A DNA stretch of 25,637 nt. It comes from a virus (taxonomy: Duplodnaviria > Caudoviricetes). This document shows, piece after piece, positions 1 through 8,922 of this stretch. Location of the stretch: positions 1 to 25,637 of the IMG/VR virus record IMGVR_UViG_3300049000_000065. The stretch is one strand, 5' to 3'. Below the pieces are notes generated by a model. The model worked only from the letters and a program-made list of their open reading frames with translations, searched no databases and had not been told where the DNA came from. Within the stretch, counting starts at the first letter, position 1, and each line of letters opens with the position of its first letter. Made by a program: the position numbers and the translations under genes.

Positions 1-80
1 CGGCTGGCGGTCTTCCCATCGAGACCCTTTTTGCGACCCGCCCGCCGGGCGAAAGCCCCGCGGGCCCTTGCGGCGGCCTG

Positions 81-110
81 CCCGGTGTCAACCTTTGGGT
101 TGACACCGGG
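81..110. promoter_or_regulatory. Perfect 13-bp inverted repeat upstream of the late operon (operator or leader hairpin)
   Basis: CCCGGTGTCAACC-tttg-GGTTGACACCGGG; carries TTGACA on both strands; ends 20 nt before the ATG at 131. Confidence 0.5.
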
Positions 111-130
111 GGGCCAGGCGGGGGTGGCGC

Positions 131-418
131 ATGATCCCCCGCTGGATGAGGCAATCCCGCAAGGCCCAGACCGCCCTGCTCACGATGGGCACGGTGCTGC
201 TCACCGTGCTGGCCGCCAAGCTGGGGCTGTCGCCCGACGAGCGTGATCGGCTGGTCACCGCCGCCCTCACCCTGGGTGGCGTCTGGATCGGCGGGATCGC
301 GCTGGAGGACGCCGGCCGCCACCTGGGCCGGCCCGACTTCGGGGAGTGCGACGACGCCACCCCGGCCGCGATGAACGGGATGAAGTTGGTCCTGCCCAAA
401 GACCCCACGCACAACTGA
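131..418 (+). CDS. Small two-TM membrane protein, holin-like
   Basis: SRK-type N-terminal motif, two hydrophobic segments (ALLTMGTVLLTVLAA; LVTAALTLGGVWIGGIAL) followed by ED; first gene of the late cluster. Confidence 0.55.
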   Translation: MIPRWMRQSRKAQTALLTMGTVLLTVLAAKLGLSPDERDRLVTAALTLGGVWIGGIALEDAGRHLGRPDFGECDDATPAAMNGMKLVLPKDPTHN

Positions 419-454
419 CCACTGACCGCCGGCCCGGCCGGCAAGGAGCGCACG

Positions 455-718
455 ATGCCGACGACCGACCGAGCCAAGGGGGCGCAACTGTTCAACGCCT
501 GGCAGGACGGCGAGGACGCCAAGGCCTCGGCCGACCAGGCGGTGATCGACGCCCAGGCGGCGCTGGCCAAGGCGCAGACGAATCAGACCAACGCCACCGC
601 CTCCCGCGACCACGCCTTCAGCGACTTCGACGCCTGGGAGTCGCAGTTTCGGCCCGCCCCGTCCCCGGCGCCGAGGGTCGAGCCGGCCACGCTCCCCGGC
701 ACCGCGCCGACGCAGTGA
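455..718 (+). CDS. Hypothetical protein (short helical region, Pro-rich tail)
   Basis: AAGGAG RBS before the ATG; codon usage matches neighbours. Confidence 0.65.
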   Translation: MPTTDRAKGAQLFNAWQDGEDAKASADQAVIDAQAALAKAQTNQTNATASRDHAFSDFDAWESQFRPAPSPAPRVEPATLPGTAPTQ

Positions 719-764
719 GACGGCTCGGCGGCGGTGTGTGTCCCTGCTGGCGTGAGAAGAGGAC

Positions 765-1319
765 TTGAACGTGCTGGCGATCAGTGAAGGCGTGCAAATT
801 CCGCTGGCCGTCTTCCAGCTCATCTTCAGCGGTGCCGTGTCCTTCATGCTCTGGAAGCTGGCGTCGTGGCAGCGCGAGCGGGATCGGAAGGAGGACACCA
901 CCACCAAGGCGATCGAGGCCATGCAGTCGAAGCTGAACGCCTCCGCCGAGCAGCTCCACCAGACCGCCACCCGGCTGGTGGACGAGCGGTTCCGGGCGAT
1001 GAGCCACGAGCTCAACGGCCACGTTCAGGGGTTCGTCTCGACCCTCGACGAGATGAAGGCGAAGGTCAAGGAGGGTGAGGAAGACTACCGCAGCCTGGGC
1101 GACCGGGACCAGCGGATCGAGCTCAACCTCGCCGGGCAGATCGACAAGATCAAGGACTTCATTCGAGAGTACACCGCCTCGCGTGAAGACATGCGGCGGC
1201 ACGAGGAAAAGCTGGAGGCGAAGGTCAATAAGGTGGAGGGCCGGATCGGAGAGTTGGGTGAGAAGGTGGCGGTGCTGAGTCACGCGATGGGCGTACCCAA
1301 GGGACGGAGCAACGGCTGA
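765..1319 (+). CDS. Membrane-anchored coiled-coil protein (positional equivalent of Mu gp25)
   Basis: N-terminal TM (PLAVFQLIFSGAVSFMLW) then long coiled coil; TTG start after AGGA, exact start uncertain; TGATG coupling to next gene. Confidence 0.6.
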   Translation: MNVLAISEGVQIPLAVFQLIFSGAVSFMLWKLASWQRERDRKEDTTTKAIEAMQSKLNASAEQLHQTATRLVDERFRAMSHELNGHVQGFVSTLDEMKAKVKEGEEDYRSLGDRDQRIELNLAGQIDKIKDFIREYTASREDMRRHEEKLEAKVNKVEGRIGELGEKVAVLSHAMGVPKGRSNG

Positions 1320-1696
1320 TGTCCGATGAAGACGTGGATTTCGGAGGGGCGGATCGGCAGCGCGACCGGCGGTTGCGGCGGCGGATGCTCTCGACGCTGC
1401 ACCTGGCCCGCATCGGCCCCGGCGGCGGCCTGGGCGGACGTGTGCTGAGGGACCTGGTGGACGGGGCGATGCCCTCCACCCAGCAGACCACCGACGACGA
1501 CCACGCCCTGGGTCTGGTCCGGGACCTGGTGGCCAAGGGGCTGGCGACCGAGACCGACCAGCGGACCCACAAGCGCCAGCGGTTCAGCCTCGACCACCTG
1601 TTCTTCCGCGTCACGGCCAAGGGATCGTCACTGTGGAACGAGACGATCCCGCCGGACCCGGACGTCGAGGACCAGCGGATCGCCAAGGGCGAGTAG
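1319..1696 (+). CDS. Mu gp26-like small protein (possible winged helix)
   Basis: Directly upstream of the gp27-like gene; LRRRML...DLVAKGL...VTAKG pattern. Confidence 0.55.
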   Translation: MSDEDVDFGGADRQRDRRLRRRMLSTLHLARIGPGGGLGGRVLRDLVDGAMPSTQQTTDDDHALGLVRDLVAKGLATETDQRTHKRQRFSLDHLFFRVTAKGSSLWNETIPPDPDVEDQRIAKGE

Positions 1697-1704
1697 GGAC
1701 GAAC

Positions 1705-2247
1705 ATGCCCCGGCACTTCAAGGTCCACGAACTGCTCACGTCGGCCGAACTGGCCGACCTGGAGGCGTTCGCGGGCGAGCCAGGGCGGACGGTGGCCGAG
1801 CTGGAGGAGTGGCTGCTGGCCCACGGCTTCCGCGTGAGCCGCGGGGCGGTGTGGGGCTGGAAGCGCCACTTCGACGAGCGGGCGATGGTCGAGCGGATGA
1901 ACGGCAGCGGGGCGCTGGCCAAGGAGTTCATGGCCGGCGTCCGCGAGGGCGGCGGCCTGGCCATCCCCGATGCCGCCGTGGCCCAGATGGCCCAGATGAT
2001 CTTCGAGTCCGCCGCCCGCATGTCGGCCGGCGGGGAGATCGAGGCCGACGACCTGACCAAGATGAGCCTCGCCCTGCAACGGCTCACCCTGGCCAAGAGC
2101 CGGATCGAATCGACGCGGGCGGAGTTCGAGCAACGCCAGCGGGCGGCAATCGAGCAGGCCGAGAAGACGGCCGCCGGCGGCGGGACTGGGGCGAGCGTGG
2201 TGGCGACGATCAAGCAGGCGCTGGGCATCACCGAGCCGGCGGCCTGA
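1705..2247 (+). CDS. terS: Terminase small subunit, Mu gp27/DUF3486-like
   Basis: MPRHFKVHEL...TVAELEEWLLAHGFRVSRGAVWGW HTH and C-terminal IKQALGI typical of DUF3486; precedes TerL; start moved to ATG 1705. Confidence 0.8.
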   Translation: MPRHFKVHELLTSAELADLEAFAGEPGRTVAELEEWLLAHGFRVSRGAVWGWKRHFDERAMVERMNGSGALAKEFMAGVREGGGLAIPDAAVAQMAQMIFESAARMSAGGEIEADDLTKMSLALQRLTLAKSRIESTRAEFEQRQRAAIEQAEKTAAGGGTGASVVATIKQALGITEPAA

Positions 2248-2264
2248 CGAAGTGTGAACGACGA

Positions 2265-3620
2265 ATGAACGAGGCGGCCTTCCAACTTCTGTGCCCCTTC
2301 CAGGTGCGCTGGCTGCGAGAGCCGGCGTCGGTGGCCATCGCCGAGAAGAGCCGCCGCATCGGCTGGACGTGGACGCACGCGCTGGGCGTGGTCCTCGACC
2401 GGGTCGAGGGCCGGAGCAATTACTACCACTCCAGCGCCGACGACACCGCCTCCATCGAGTTCGTGGACTACTGCGCCGAGTGGGCGCGGATGCTCAACGC
2501 CGTCGCCGAGGTGCGCGACGAGACGGAAGTGATCGAGGACCGGGAGATTCACACGAAGGTGATGACCTTCGCCTCCGGCCGCAAGATCGTTGCCGGGTCC
2601 AGCAACCCCACCTTCCTGCGCTCCAAGGGCGGGGCGGTGGGCCTCGACGAGTTCGCGTTCCACCGCAACGGCCGGGAGCTGGTCAAGGCCGCCCACGCCA
2701 CCGCCCTCTTCTGGGGCCACCCGCTGCGCATCTGGTCCACCCACAACGGCGAGGGGAGCTATTTCAACGGCCTGCTCAAGTCGGCCCGCCAGGGCGACCT
2801 CAAGGCGGCCGTCCACCGGGTGACCATTGAGGACGCGGTGGAGCAGGGGATCGTCGAGCGGATCGTGATGCGGAAGCGGCGGCTGGCGGACGTGCCGGCC
2901 CCCGACGCCACCGCCCGCCGCGAGTGGCTGGACGAGCTGAGGGCGACCTGCCCCGACGAGGACACCTGGAACGAAGAGTACCTCTGCCGGCCCAGCAGCG
3001 GGCAGAACGCCCTGCTCAGCTACGAGCTGATCCAGGGGTGCGAGGCGGCCAACCTCCGCCTCCTGTCCACGGCCGACCTGGAGGGGGAGTGCTACGCCGG
3101 TTTCGACGTCGGCCGCCACCGCGACCTGTCGGCCCTCTGGGTGCTGCAGCGCGTCGGGGACGTCTACTGGACGCGCGTCCTGCGGACCTTCGAGCGCGTC
3201 ACCTTCACCGCCCAGGAGGACGCGATCAACCTGCTCATGGCCAACCGGGCGGTGAAGCGGCTGTGCATCGACGCCACCGGCATGGGCGAGATGCTGGCCG
3301 AGCGGGCGACCCAGCGCTGGGGCCGCTACCGCGCCGAGGGTGTCAAGTTCTCGGCCCCGGTCAAGAGCGAGCTGGCCATGCCGCTGTTGCGGCTCTTCCA
3401 GGACCGACTCGTGCGCGTGCCGGCCGACCCGGCCGTTCGGGAGGACCTGCACAAGGTGCGGAAGATCGTGACGGCGGCGAACAATCTCCGCCTCGACGCC
3501 GACCGCGACGGCGACGGCCACGCGGATCGCTTCTGGGCGTTGGCCCTGGCCTACCACGCGGCCGACGCGATCAAGCTGCCCCTCCCCCCGTCGCGGGCGC
3601 TCAAGCCCGTGGGCTGGTGA
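2265..3620 (+). CDS. terL: Terminase large subunit, Mu gp28-like
   Basis: Walker A EKSRRIGWT, Walker B VGLDEFAFH, STHNG motif, nuclease motifs GFDVGRHRD, IDATGMG, GHADRFWALAL; start moved to ATG 2265. Confidence 0.95.
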   Translation: MNEAAFQLLCPFQVRWLREPASVAIAEKSRRIGWTWTHALGVVLDRVEGRSNYYHSSADDTASIEFVDYCAEWARMLNAVAEVRDETEVIEDREIHTKVMTFASGRKIVAGSSNPTFLRSKGGAVGLDEFAFHRNGRELVKAAHATALFWGHPLRIWSTHNGEGSYFNGLLKSARQGDLKAAVHRVTIEDAVEQGIVERIVMRKRRLADVPAPDATARREWLDELRATCPDEDTWNEEYLCRPSSGQNALLSYELIQGCEAANLRLLSTADLEGECYAGFDVGRHRDLSALWVLQRVGDVYWTRVLRTFERVTFTAQEDAINLLMANRAVKRLCIDATGMGEMLAERATQRWGRYRAEGVKFSAPVKSELAMPLLRLFQDRLVRVPADPAVREDLHKVRKIVTAANNLRLDADRDGDGHADRFWALALAYHAADAIKLPLPPSRALKPVGW

Positions 3621-3633
3621 GGGGGAAGAGGAG

Positions 3634-3654
3634 AGTTGTTAGTTGCTAGTTGCT
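3634..3654 (+). repeat. Heptamer tandem repeat (AGTTGYT x3)
   Basis: agttgtt agttgct agttgct. Confidence 0.8.
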
Positions 3655-3680
3655 AGTGGAGGCAGAGACAGCGCAACGCC

Positions 3681-3835
3681 GGCGGTAAACCGTCAGAGCC
3701 GCCTTATAGGGCACCCGGCCCCGTGGCATGGAGGGGCCGGCACCCGAGCCATACCGGGTGGAATCCACGGCCGAATGCGGGTCACTCCGGCCCGCGATCG
3801 TCGCTCCGGCCGGGCCCGACATCGACGGGAGCGAC
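3681..3835 (+). ncRNA. Candidate structured RNA between terL and the next gene
   Basis: Five consecutive stems: 3681-86/3698-3703, 3715-22/3733-40, 3741-46/3755-60, 3777-83/3789-95, 3800-07/3828-35; no credible ORF; strand assumed. Confidence 0.4.
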
Positions 3836-3849
3836 TTGTTGGGGTGGAT

Positions 3850-3877
3850 AGTTGTTGGTTGCTGGTTGTTGGTTGCT
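3850..3877 (+). repeat. Heptamer tandem repeat (RGTTGYT x4)
   Basis: agttgtt ggttgct ggttgtt ggttgct, followed by AGTGAAAGGCA. Confidence 0.8.
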
Positions 3878-3896
3878 AGTGAAAGGCACTGAAACC

Positions 3897-4385
3897 ATGA
3901 AGAATCTCAAGGTCAAAATGGGGACGCCCTACAAGGTCGAGAAGCGGGGCAAGAAGTTCGTGGTGTCCAACGGAGAGAAGGTGACGGCGCTGGCCAGGAA
4001 CCACTCCAGCGCCAGTGCGTTGGCCCAGAAGATGAACTTCGCCTACACGGCCGGGGCACACGACGCCGCGGCCTTGATAGAGGCGGAGCTCAAGAAGCGG
4101 GACGCCGCCGCCCGCAAGGCCGCCGCCACCAAGGCGGCCAAGGCGAGGCAGGCGGGGGCCGAGCGGCCGAAGACTTTGGCGGACGAGCCGCCGGTCTGGG
4201 TGCCCCCCGCCGAGGCACCGGCCGCCCCCGCCGAGGCGCCGGCCGCCCCCGTCGAGAGCGCCTCCGATGGATTCGACCGACTGCCCATGGTGGCCGATCC
4301 GGTCACCACGGAAGCGGAGCAACGGGCGGTCGATCTCGACGACGCGGCCCGTGAGGCGGGTGAGAAGAACGACGACGAGGCGTAA
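3897..4385 (+). CDS. Hypothetical phage protein: basic N-terminal domain, Ala/Pro linker, acidic tail
   Basis: GAAAGG RBS; PYKVEKRGKKFVV motif; 21-bp AEAPAAP duplication at 4209-4250; start could be 3897 or 3918. Confidence 0.7.
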   Translation: MKNLKVKMGTPYKVEKRGKKFVVSNGEKVTALARNHSSASALAQKMNFAYTAGAHDAAALIEAELKKRDAAARKAAATKAAKARQAGAERPKTLADEPPVWVPPAEAPAAPAEAPAAPVESASDGFDRLPMVADPVTTEAEQRAVDLDDAAREAGEKNDDEA

Positions 4386-4398
4386 GGCGCGAGGCGCG

Positions 4399-5961
4399 AT
4401 GATCCTGACGCAAGCCATCCCGGCCGTGTGGGTCTACACCACCGCGACGAGTTTCAACTCGCTGCGGTCGGCCGGGTACGCCGCGTTTCTGTCTGACGAC
4501 CAGAAGGCACGGCTGGAGCGCATCCGCCAGAGCCGCCTGCTCTACCAGGGCAAGCACCGCTCTTACTTCCTCGACGAGCAGCGCAGCCAGTTCGACTTCC
4601 CGGTGGTGAGGGCGGGCGACCGGAAGCTGCAGATGTACCTGACGCTCAACGTGCTCAAGCTCATCAGCAAGAAGAGCGCCGACCTGCTGTTCGGCCAGGA
4701 GCCGCTGCTGCGCGTCGATCAGGAGATCCAACAGGCCAAGCTCTCGGCCCTGGCCGAGCGGACCAACCTCCACAAGCGGCTCTACAACGCGGCGGTCGAA
4801 GGGTCGGCCGAGGGGGAGACGTTCCTGGAGTGCTGCGTGGTGGGCGGCCAGGTCTACGTGCGGCGGGTGCCCAACGATCAGATCTTCGGCGACGGCCCGC
4901 TGGGCCCCGACGACCAGTACGCCCGCTACGTCGGCTACCAGTTGCAGAACGTGGGCACCGCCCAGGCCCCGCTCATGCTGCTGCTGGAGACGGTCTGGCT
5001 GGCCGGGTCGATCGAGCGGCACGTCTGGCAGCTCGACGGCGAGGGCCGCAAGCTGGCCGAGGTGGCGCTGGACCAGTGGCCGACCGCCGCCGCCGAGGGG
5101 TTGGCGCCGCTGGTCAGGACCGGGATCAGCCGCAACACGATCACCTGGGTCCCGAACGAGACGGAGCTCGACATCCCGGTGAGCGACTACGACGGGCTGG
5201 TGGAGTTGCAGGACGAGCTCAACGCCAAGCAGACCCAGATCGGCCGGGTGCTGGCCAAGCACTCGGACCCCAAGCTGGGCCTGCCCGAGTCGTTCTTCGA
5301 CCCGGCCGGCAACGTGCGATCGGACCACGACGCCTTCCCGTTCAGGACGAAGGACGAGCTGCCCACCTACATCACCTGGAACGCGGAGCTCGCCCACGCG
5401 ATCGGGGACCGGCAGTTCACGCTCAACAGCCTGCTCATCACCGCCGAGACCTCGCCGGTGTTGCTGGGACTGAAGGAGGGGGCCGCGCCCGACGCCTACA
5501 AGAAGGTGCGGCTGGAGGCGCAGAACAGCCTCACCAAGGCCCAGCGGAAGGCGGCCAACTGGAAGCCGGGGGTGAAGCGGCTGCTGGACGTGGCCCAGGA
5601 CCTGGAGCAGACGCTGCCCGGGGTGCGCTACGACCGGGTGCCGGTGGCCGTGGAGATGCGCGACGGCATCCCGGCCGACGACGAGGACCAGGCCAACACC
5701 GTGGCCATCTACCGCTCCGCCGGCGTCATGTCCGTGGAGCGGGCGGTGGAGCTGCAACTGATCGACAAGACCGCCGTCGCCAAGGAGGTGCAGCAGATCA
5801 AGGACGAGGCGGCCGACAAGACGCCCCCGATCTTCTTCGGCGGCGGCATGGGCGGGACCGAGCCGGGCGAGACGCCGCCGGCCCAGAGCGGCGCGGCCGG
5901 CGCGGCGGGCGACCGCCCGGCCCCGGCGGCGAACGACCAACGTGAGGGGGTGGCGGCATGA
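4399..5961 (+). CDS. Portal protein, SPP1 gp6/A118-like
   Basis: About 520 aa after TerL; LNVLKLISKKSADLLFGQEP, WVPN...SDYDGL..LQDELN, YITWNA, MSVERAVELQ..EVQQIKDE resemble SPP1-type portals. Confidence 0.85.
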   Translation: MILTQAIPAVWVYTTATSFNSLRSAGYAAFLSDDQKARLERIRQSRLLYQGKHRSYFLDEQRSQFDFPVVRAGDRKLQMYLTLNVLKLISKKSADLLFGQEPLLRVDQEIQQAKLSALAERTNLHKRLYNAAVEGSAEGETFLECCVVGGQVYVRRVPNDQIFGDGPLGPDDQYARYVGYQLQNVGTAQAPLMLLLETVWLAGSIERHVWQLDGEGRKLAEVALDQWPTAAAEGLAPLVRTGISRNTITWVPNETELDIPVSDYDGLVELQDELNAKQTQIGRVLAKHSDPKLGLPESFFDPAGNVRSDHDAFPFRTKDELPTYITWNAELAHAIGDRQFTLNSLLITAETSPVLLGLKEGAAPDAYKKVRLEAQNSLTKAQRKAANWKPGVKRLLDVAQDLEQTLPGVRYDRVPVAVEMRDGIPADDEDQANTVAIYRSAGVMSVERAVELQLIDKTAVAKEVQQIKDEAADKTPPIFFGGGMGGTEPGETPPAQSGAAGAAGDRPAPAANDQREGVAA

Positions 5962-6161
5962 ACGACCTCATTTGCGTGATCTGCGGCGGCCCATTTATCG
6001 CGGGCGATTGGAGCCAATGGGAGGTCCAAAAGAAGATCGTCGCCGCGCACGAGACGTGCGTTGCCGAACTCCTTCACGGATTGGCGCGTGAGGTGTGGAC
6101 GGGGCAGAGCGAACTCTTCATCCCGCCCGGTGCGAGAATCAGGAAGGGGGTGGCGGAGTGA
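5958..6161 (+). CDS. Small hypothetical protein, possible CxxC...HxxC zinc binder
   Basis: ATGA and GTGA overlaps with both neighbours; CVICGG...HETC. Confidence 0.6.
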   Translation: MNDLICVICGGPFIAGDWSQWEVQKKIVAAHETCVAELLHGLAREVWTGQSELFIPPGARIRKGVAE

Positions 6162-7189
6162 CCACGACCCCCGAGCTCTTCGACTCCGGCCTCCCCCGGC
6201 GGCAGACCGACGTGCTGGCCGACCTGTTCACCACCGCCGGGGAGCGGCTCAAGCGGATGGTCTTGCACCCCACCGGCCGCACCCAGGGGGCGCGGGAGTT
6301 CCGCGCCGGCCGGGCGGCGCAGCTCAACGCCCAGGTGGATCGCGTGCTGGCCGACCTCGGCCGCCACACGGCCGCCTGGGTCGGGCAGGCGGTGCCGGCG
6401 GCTTTCACCGCCGGCATCCAGCGGGCCGACCAGCAGGCGCGGGACGCCGGCGTGCGCGTGGAGGGGCGGGGGCCGGTCGGCTCGTTCGCCCTGATTGATC
6501 GACGGGCCGTCGAGGTCTTCGCCCACGACATCACGGCCGACCTGAACCGGGCGGCCGAGTCGATGGCCGACCGGGCGGTCAGGCTGTTGCGGGACACCGC
6601 CCAGCGCGGGTTGAGCGAGCAGGACATCAACACGATCCTGGCCGGCGGGGTGATCCAGGGGCAGCCGGTCCAAGCGATCCGCGAGCTGCGCGAGTCATTG
6701 CGGGCGGTCCACGGGAACCGGGTGCGGATCCTCGACAAGAACGGCGACCCGATGGAATTCCGGGTCGGCTACTACGCCCAGCTCGTCGCCCGCACGCGCA
6801 CGCGGGAGGCGACGGTCCACGCCCGCCACTCCCGGCTGAAGGACCTTGGGCTGGACCTGGTGGCGATCGTCGGCCGGATCAGCCGCAACTTCTGCAGCGC
6901 GTTCCTCGGCCAGGTCTTCAGCCTGTCGGGCAAGCACGGCAAGTATCCCGCCTACTCCTCCCTGCCCGGCGGCGGCCCGCCCTTCCACCCGCAGTGCTCC
7001 AAGAGCACGCGGCCGTTCGTGGAGGAGCTGGCGGGGGAGAAGCAGAAGGAGGACGCGGAGGGGAACGACGACGCCCAGCAACTGCTGAACACCGAGCCGG
7101 CCGACGCCCAGCGCCGCTACCGCGATCTGCAGCTCTACCAGCAGGTGAGGCAGGACTACGCCACGACCGAAAAACGGCTCTTCGGGTGA
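6158..7189 (+). CDS. Minor head protein (phage minor capsid protein 2 / SPP1 gp7-MuF superfamily)
   Basis: After portal; DKNG...YYAQLVARTRTREA, FCSAFLGQVFSLSG...YP and PPFHPQC motifs; GTG start overlapping upstream TGA. Confidence 0.8.
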   Translation: MTTTPELFDSGLPRRQTDVLADLFTTAGERLKRMVLHPTGRTQGAREFRAGRAAQLNAQVDRVLADLGRHTAAWVGQAVPAAFTAGIQRADQQARDAGVRVEGRGPVGSFALIDRRAVEVFAHDITADLNRAAESMADRAVRLLRDTAQRGLSEQDINTILAGGVIQGQPVQAIRELRESLRAVHGNRVRILDKNGDPMEFRVGYYAQLVARTRTREATVHARHSRLKDLGLDLVAIVGRISRNFCSAFLGQVFSLSGKHGKYPAYSSLPGGGPPFHPQCSKSTRPFVEELAGEKQKEDAEGNDDAQQLLNTEPADAQRRYRDLQLYQQVRQDYATTEKRLFG

Positions 7190-7220
7190 GTTTCAAAGGC
7201 CGCTCGAAAGGGCTTCGACG

Positions 7221-7853
7221 ATGGTTTGGAACCCGTTCAAACGCCGGCCGGTGGCCGGAGAAGGCAACACGATGGCGGAAGCCAATGCGACCACGCCGCC
7301 GGCCGGCGGCATCGACTACGAGAAGCTGGGGGCGGCCGTCGCCGCCGGCCTCGCTCCCGCGCTGCAGTCGGCCAACAAGCCGCTGCTCGACGCCCTGGCC
7401 AGGCTCCAGCCGGCCGCCCCGGCCGAGCAGGGCGCGGCGGCGAAGGGCGGCAAGGGTGAGGCGGCCGACAAGCCGCTGTCGATGGACGACGTGCGGAAGG
7501 CGATCACCGACGCCCTCTCGTCCACCCAGCAGCAGCAGGCCAAGACCCAGGCCCGGGCGAGCTACGCGGCCGAGAAGCTCAAGGACCTGCCCAAGGTCTA
7601 CCAGGACCAGCTCCCCGACACCGACGACGCCAACGCCCTGGCCCAGGCCGAGCAGCGCATCCGCGCCGCCTACCAGGCCGACTTCAAGTTGGCCGGCGGC
7701 AAGACGGCGGACGTGGGCGGGCAGGCCGCCGGCGGCAAGCCCCCGACGAACGCCGTGGACCTGTCCAAGGTGTCGCCGGTGCAGGCGATCGAGATGGGGC
7801 TGAAGGCGGCCAAGCCGGCCCAGGGCGCGGCGGCCACCACGGCCGGCGCCTGA
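7221..7853 (+). CDS. Probable capsid scaffolding protein
   Basis: Ala/Gln-rich helical protein directly before the MCP; C-terminal VDLSKVSPVQAIEMGLK; alternative start at 7272. Confidence 0.65.
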   Translation: MVWNPFKRRPVAGEGNTMAEANATTPPAGGIDYEKLGAAVAAGLAPALQSANKPLLDALARLQPAAPAEQGAAAKGGKGEAADKPLSMDDVRKAITDALSSTQQQQAKTQARASYAAEKLKDLPKVYQDQLPDTDDANALAQAEQRIRAAYQADFKLAGGKTADVGGQAAGGKPPTNAVDLSKVSPVQAIEMGLKAAKPAQGAAATTAGA

Positions 7854-7931
7854 TCGGCCCCGGCCCGCGACACGGAACGTCAACCCCCGGCGGCATGACC
7901 GACCGGCTGCAAGAGAAAGGATGCTCAGCAG

Positions 7932-8846
7932 ATGGCCATTTCACTCATTGACTACGCGGTGCAGTCGGAGATGCCGATGCGCCGGGGGCTGGTCCAGAGG
8001 ATCACCAACGAGTCGATCTTCCTCCGCCGGCTCAAGTTCATCACCATCGACGGTTACGTCTACCAGTACAACCGCGAGGAGACGCTCGGCGGGGTCGCCT
8101 TCCGCGGCCTGAACGAGGACTACACCGACGACACGGTCGGCGTCATCAACCCCCAGGTGGAGAGCCTCTCCATCTTCGGCGGGCCGGTGAAGACCGACCG
8201 CTCCATCGCCAACCTGCCCAGCGGGGCGGCCGTCCGCGCCAGCCGCATCGCCAGCAAGGTGCGCAAGGCGGGCCTGTTCTACGACAAGTACTGCATCGAC
8301 GGCGACCCGGCCACGAACCCCAAGCAGTTCTACGGACTCAACGCCCGGCTCACCGGTGCGCAAATCATCTCCGCTGGTACCAACGGGGCCACCCTCACCC
8401 TGGCGATGGTGGACGACGCCATCGATAAGGTCGTCGGCACCCAGGCCCAGAAGATCCTCGTCTGCAACAAGGCGATCCGCCGGAAGATCACCGCCCTGGT
8501 CGTCGGCTCGGCCGGCGGGGCGGCGGTCCTGGACGTGGGCAAGCAGTTGACCGAATACAACGGCGTGCCCATCGAGGTCATTGACGAGGACGGCGACGAG
8601 GCGGCGATCCTGGGCTTCGACGAGACGCAGGGCAGCAGCGCCGTCACCACCAGCCTGTACGTCATCCGCCCCGGCTCGGACGCCGACGGCGAGTTCGTGC
8701 AGGGCCTGGTCAACACCAAGCTGGTCGAGCACGAGGACCAGGGCGTGCGCGGCACCCAGTACATCGACCTGATCGAGGCCGGCATGGGCCTGGCCATGTT
8801 CCACCCCCGCTCGGCCGCCCGCGTGAAGGGGATCACCAACACCTGA
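7932..8846 (+). CDS. Major capsid protein (HK97 fold, BPP-1-like type)
   Basis: 304 aa; YQYNREETLGGVAFRGLNE, IDGD...PKQFYGLNARL, YNGVPI, GLAMFHPRSAARVKGIT. Confidence 0.9.
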   Translation: MAISLIDYAVQSEMPMRRGLVQRITNESIFLRRLKFITIDGYVYQYNREETLGGVAFRGLNEDYTDDTVGVINPQVESLSIFGGPVKTDRSIANLPSGAAVRASRIASKVRKAGLFYDKYCIDGDPATNPKQFYGLNARLTGAQIISAGTNGATLTLAMVDDAIDKVVGTQAQKILVCNKAIRRKITALVVGSAGGAAVLDVGKQLTEYNGVPIEVIDEDGDEAAILGFDETQGSSAVTTSLYVIRPGSDADGEFVQGLVNTKLVEHEDQGVRGTQYIDLIEAGMGLAMFHPRSAARVKGITNT

Positions 8847-8849
8847 TTC

Positions 8850-8905
8850 GAGGGTTGAGGGTGGAGGGTTGCCAGACGACCCACAACCCACGACCCGCAA
8901 CTCTC
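8850..8905. repeat. Two heptamer arrays in inverted orientation, forming an imperfect hairpin after the capsid gene
   Basis: gagggtt gagggtg gagggtt ... cgaccca caaccca cgacccg caactct. Confidence 0.7.
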
Positions 8906-8922
8906 CAAAGAGAAAGGCAACT

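Noticed and set aside
3634-3877. CRISPR array or tRNA in the terL-downstream gap
   Set aside because: Repeats are 7-mers with no spacers; no cloverleaf with a canonical TTCRA T-loop and acceptor stem
3643-3879. 78-aa ORF and the 3852 extension of the next gene
   Set aside because: They start within heptamer repeats, with atypical composition and no supporting motif
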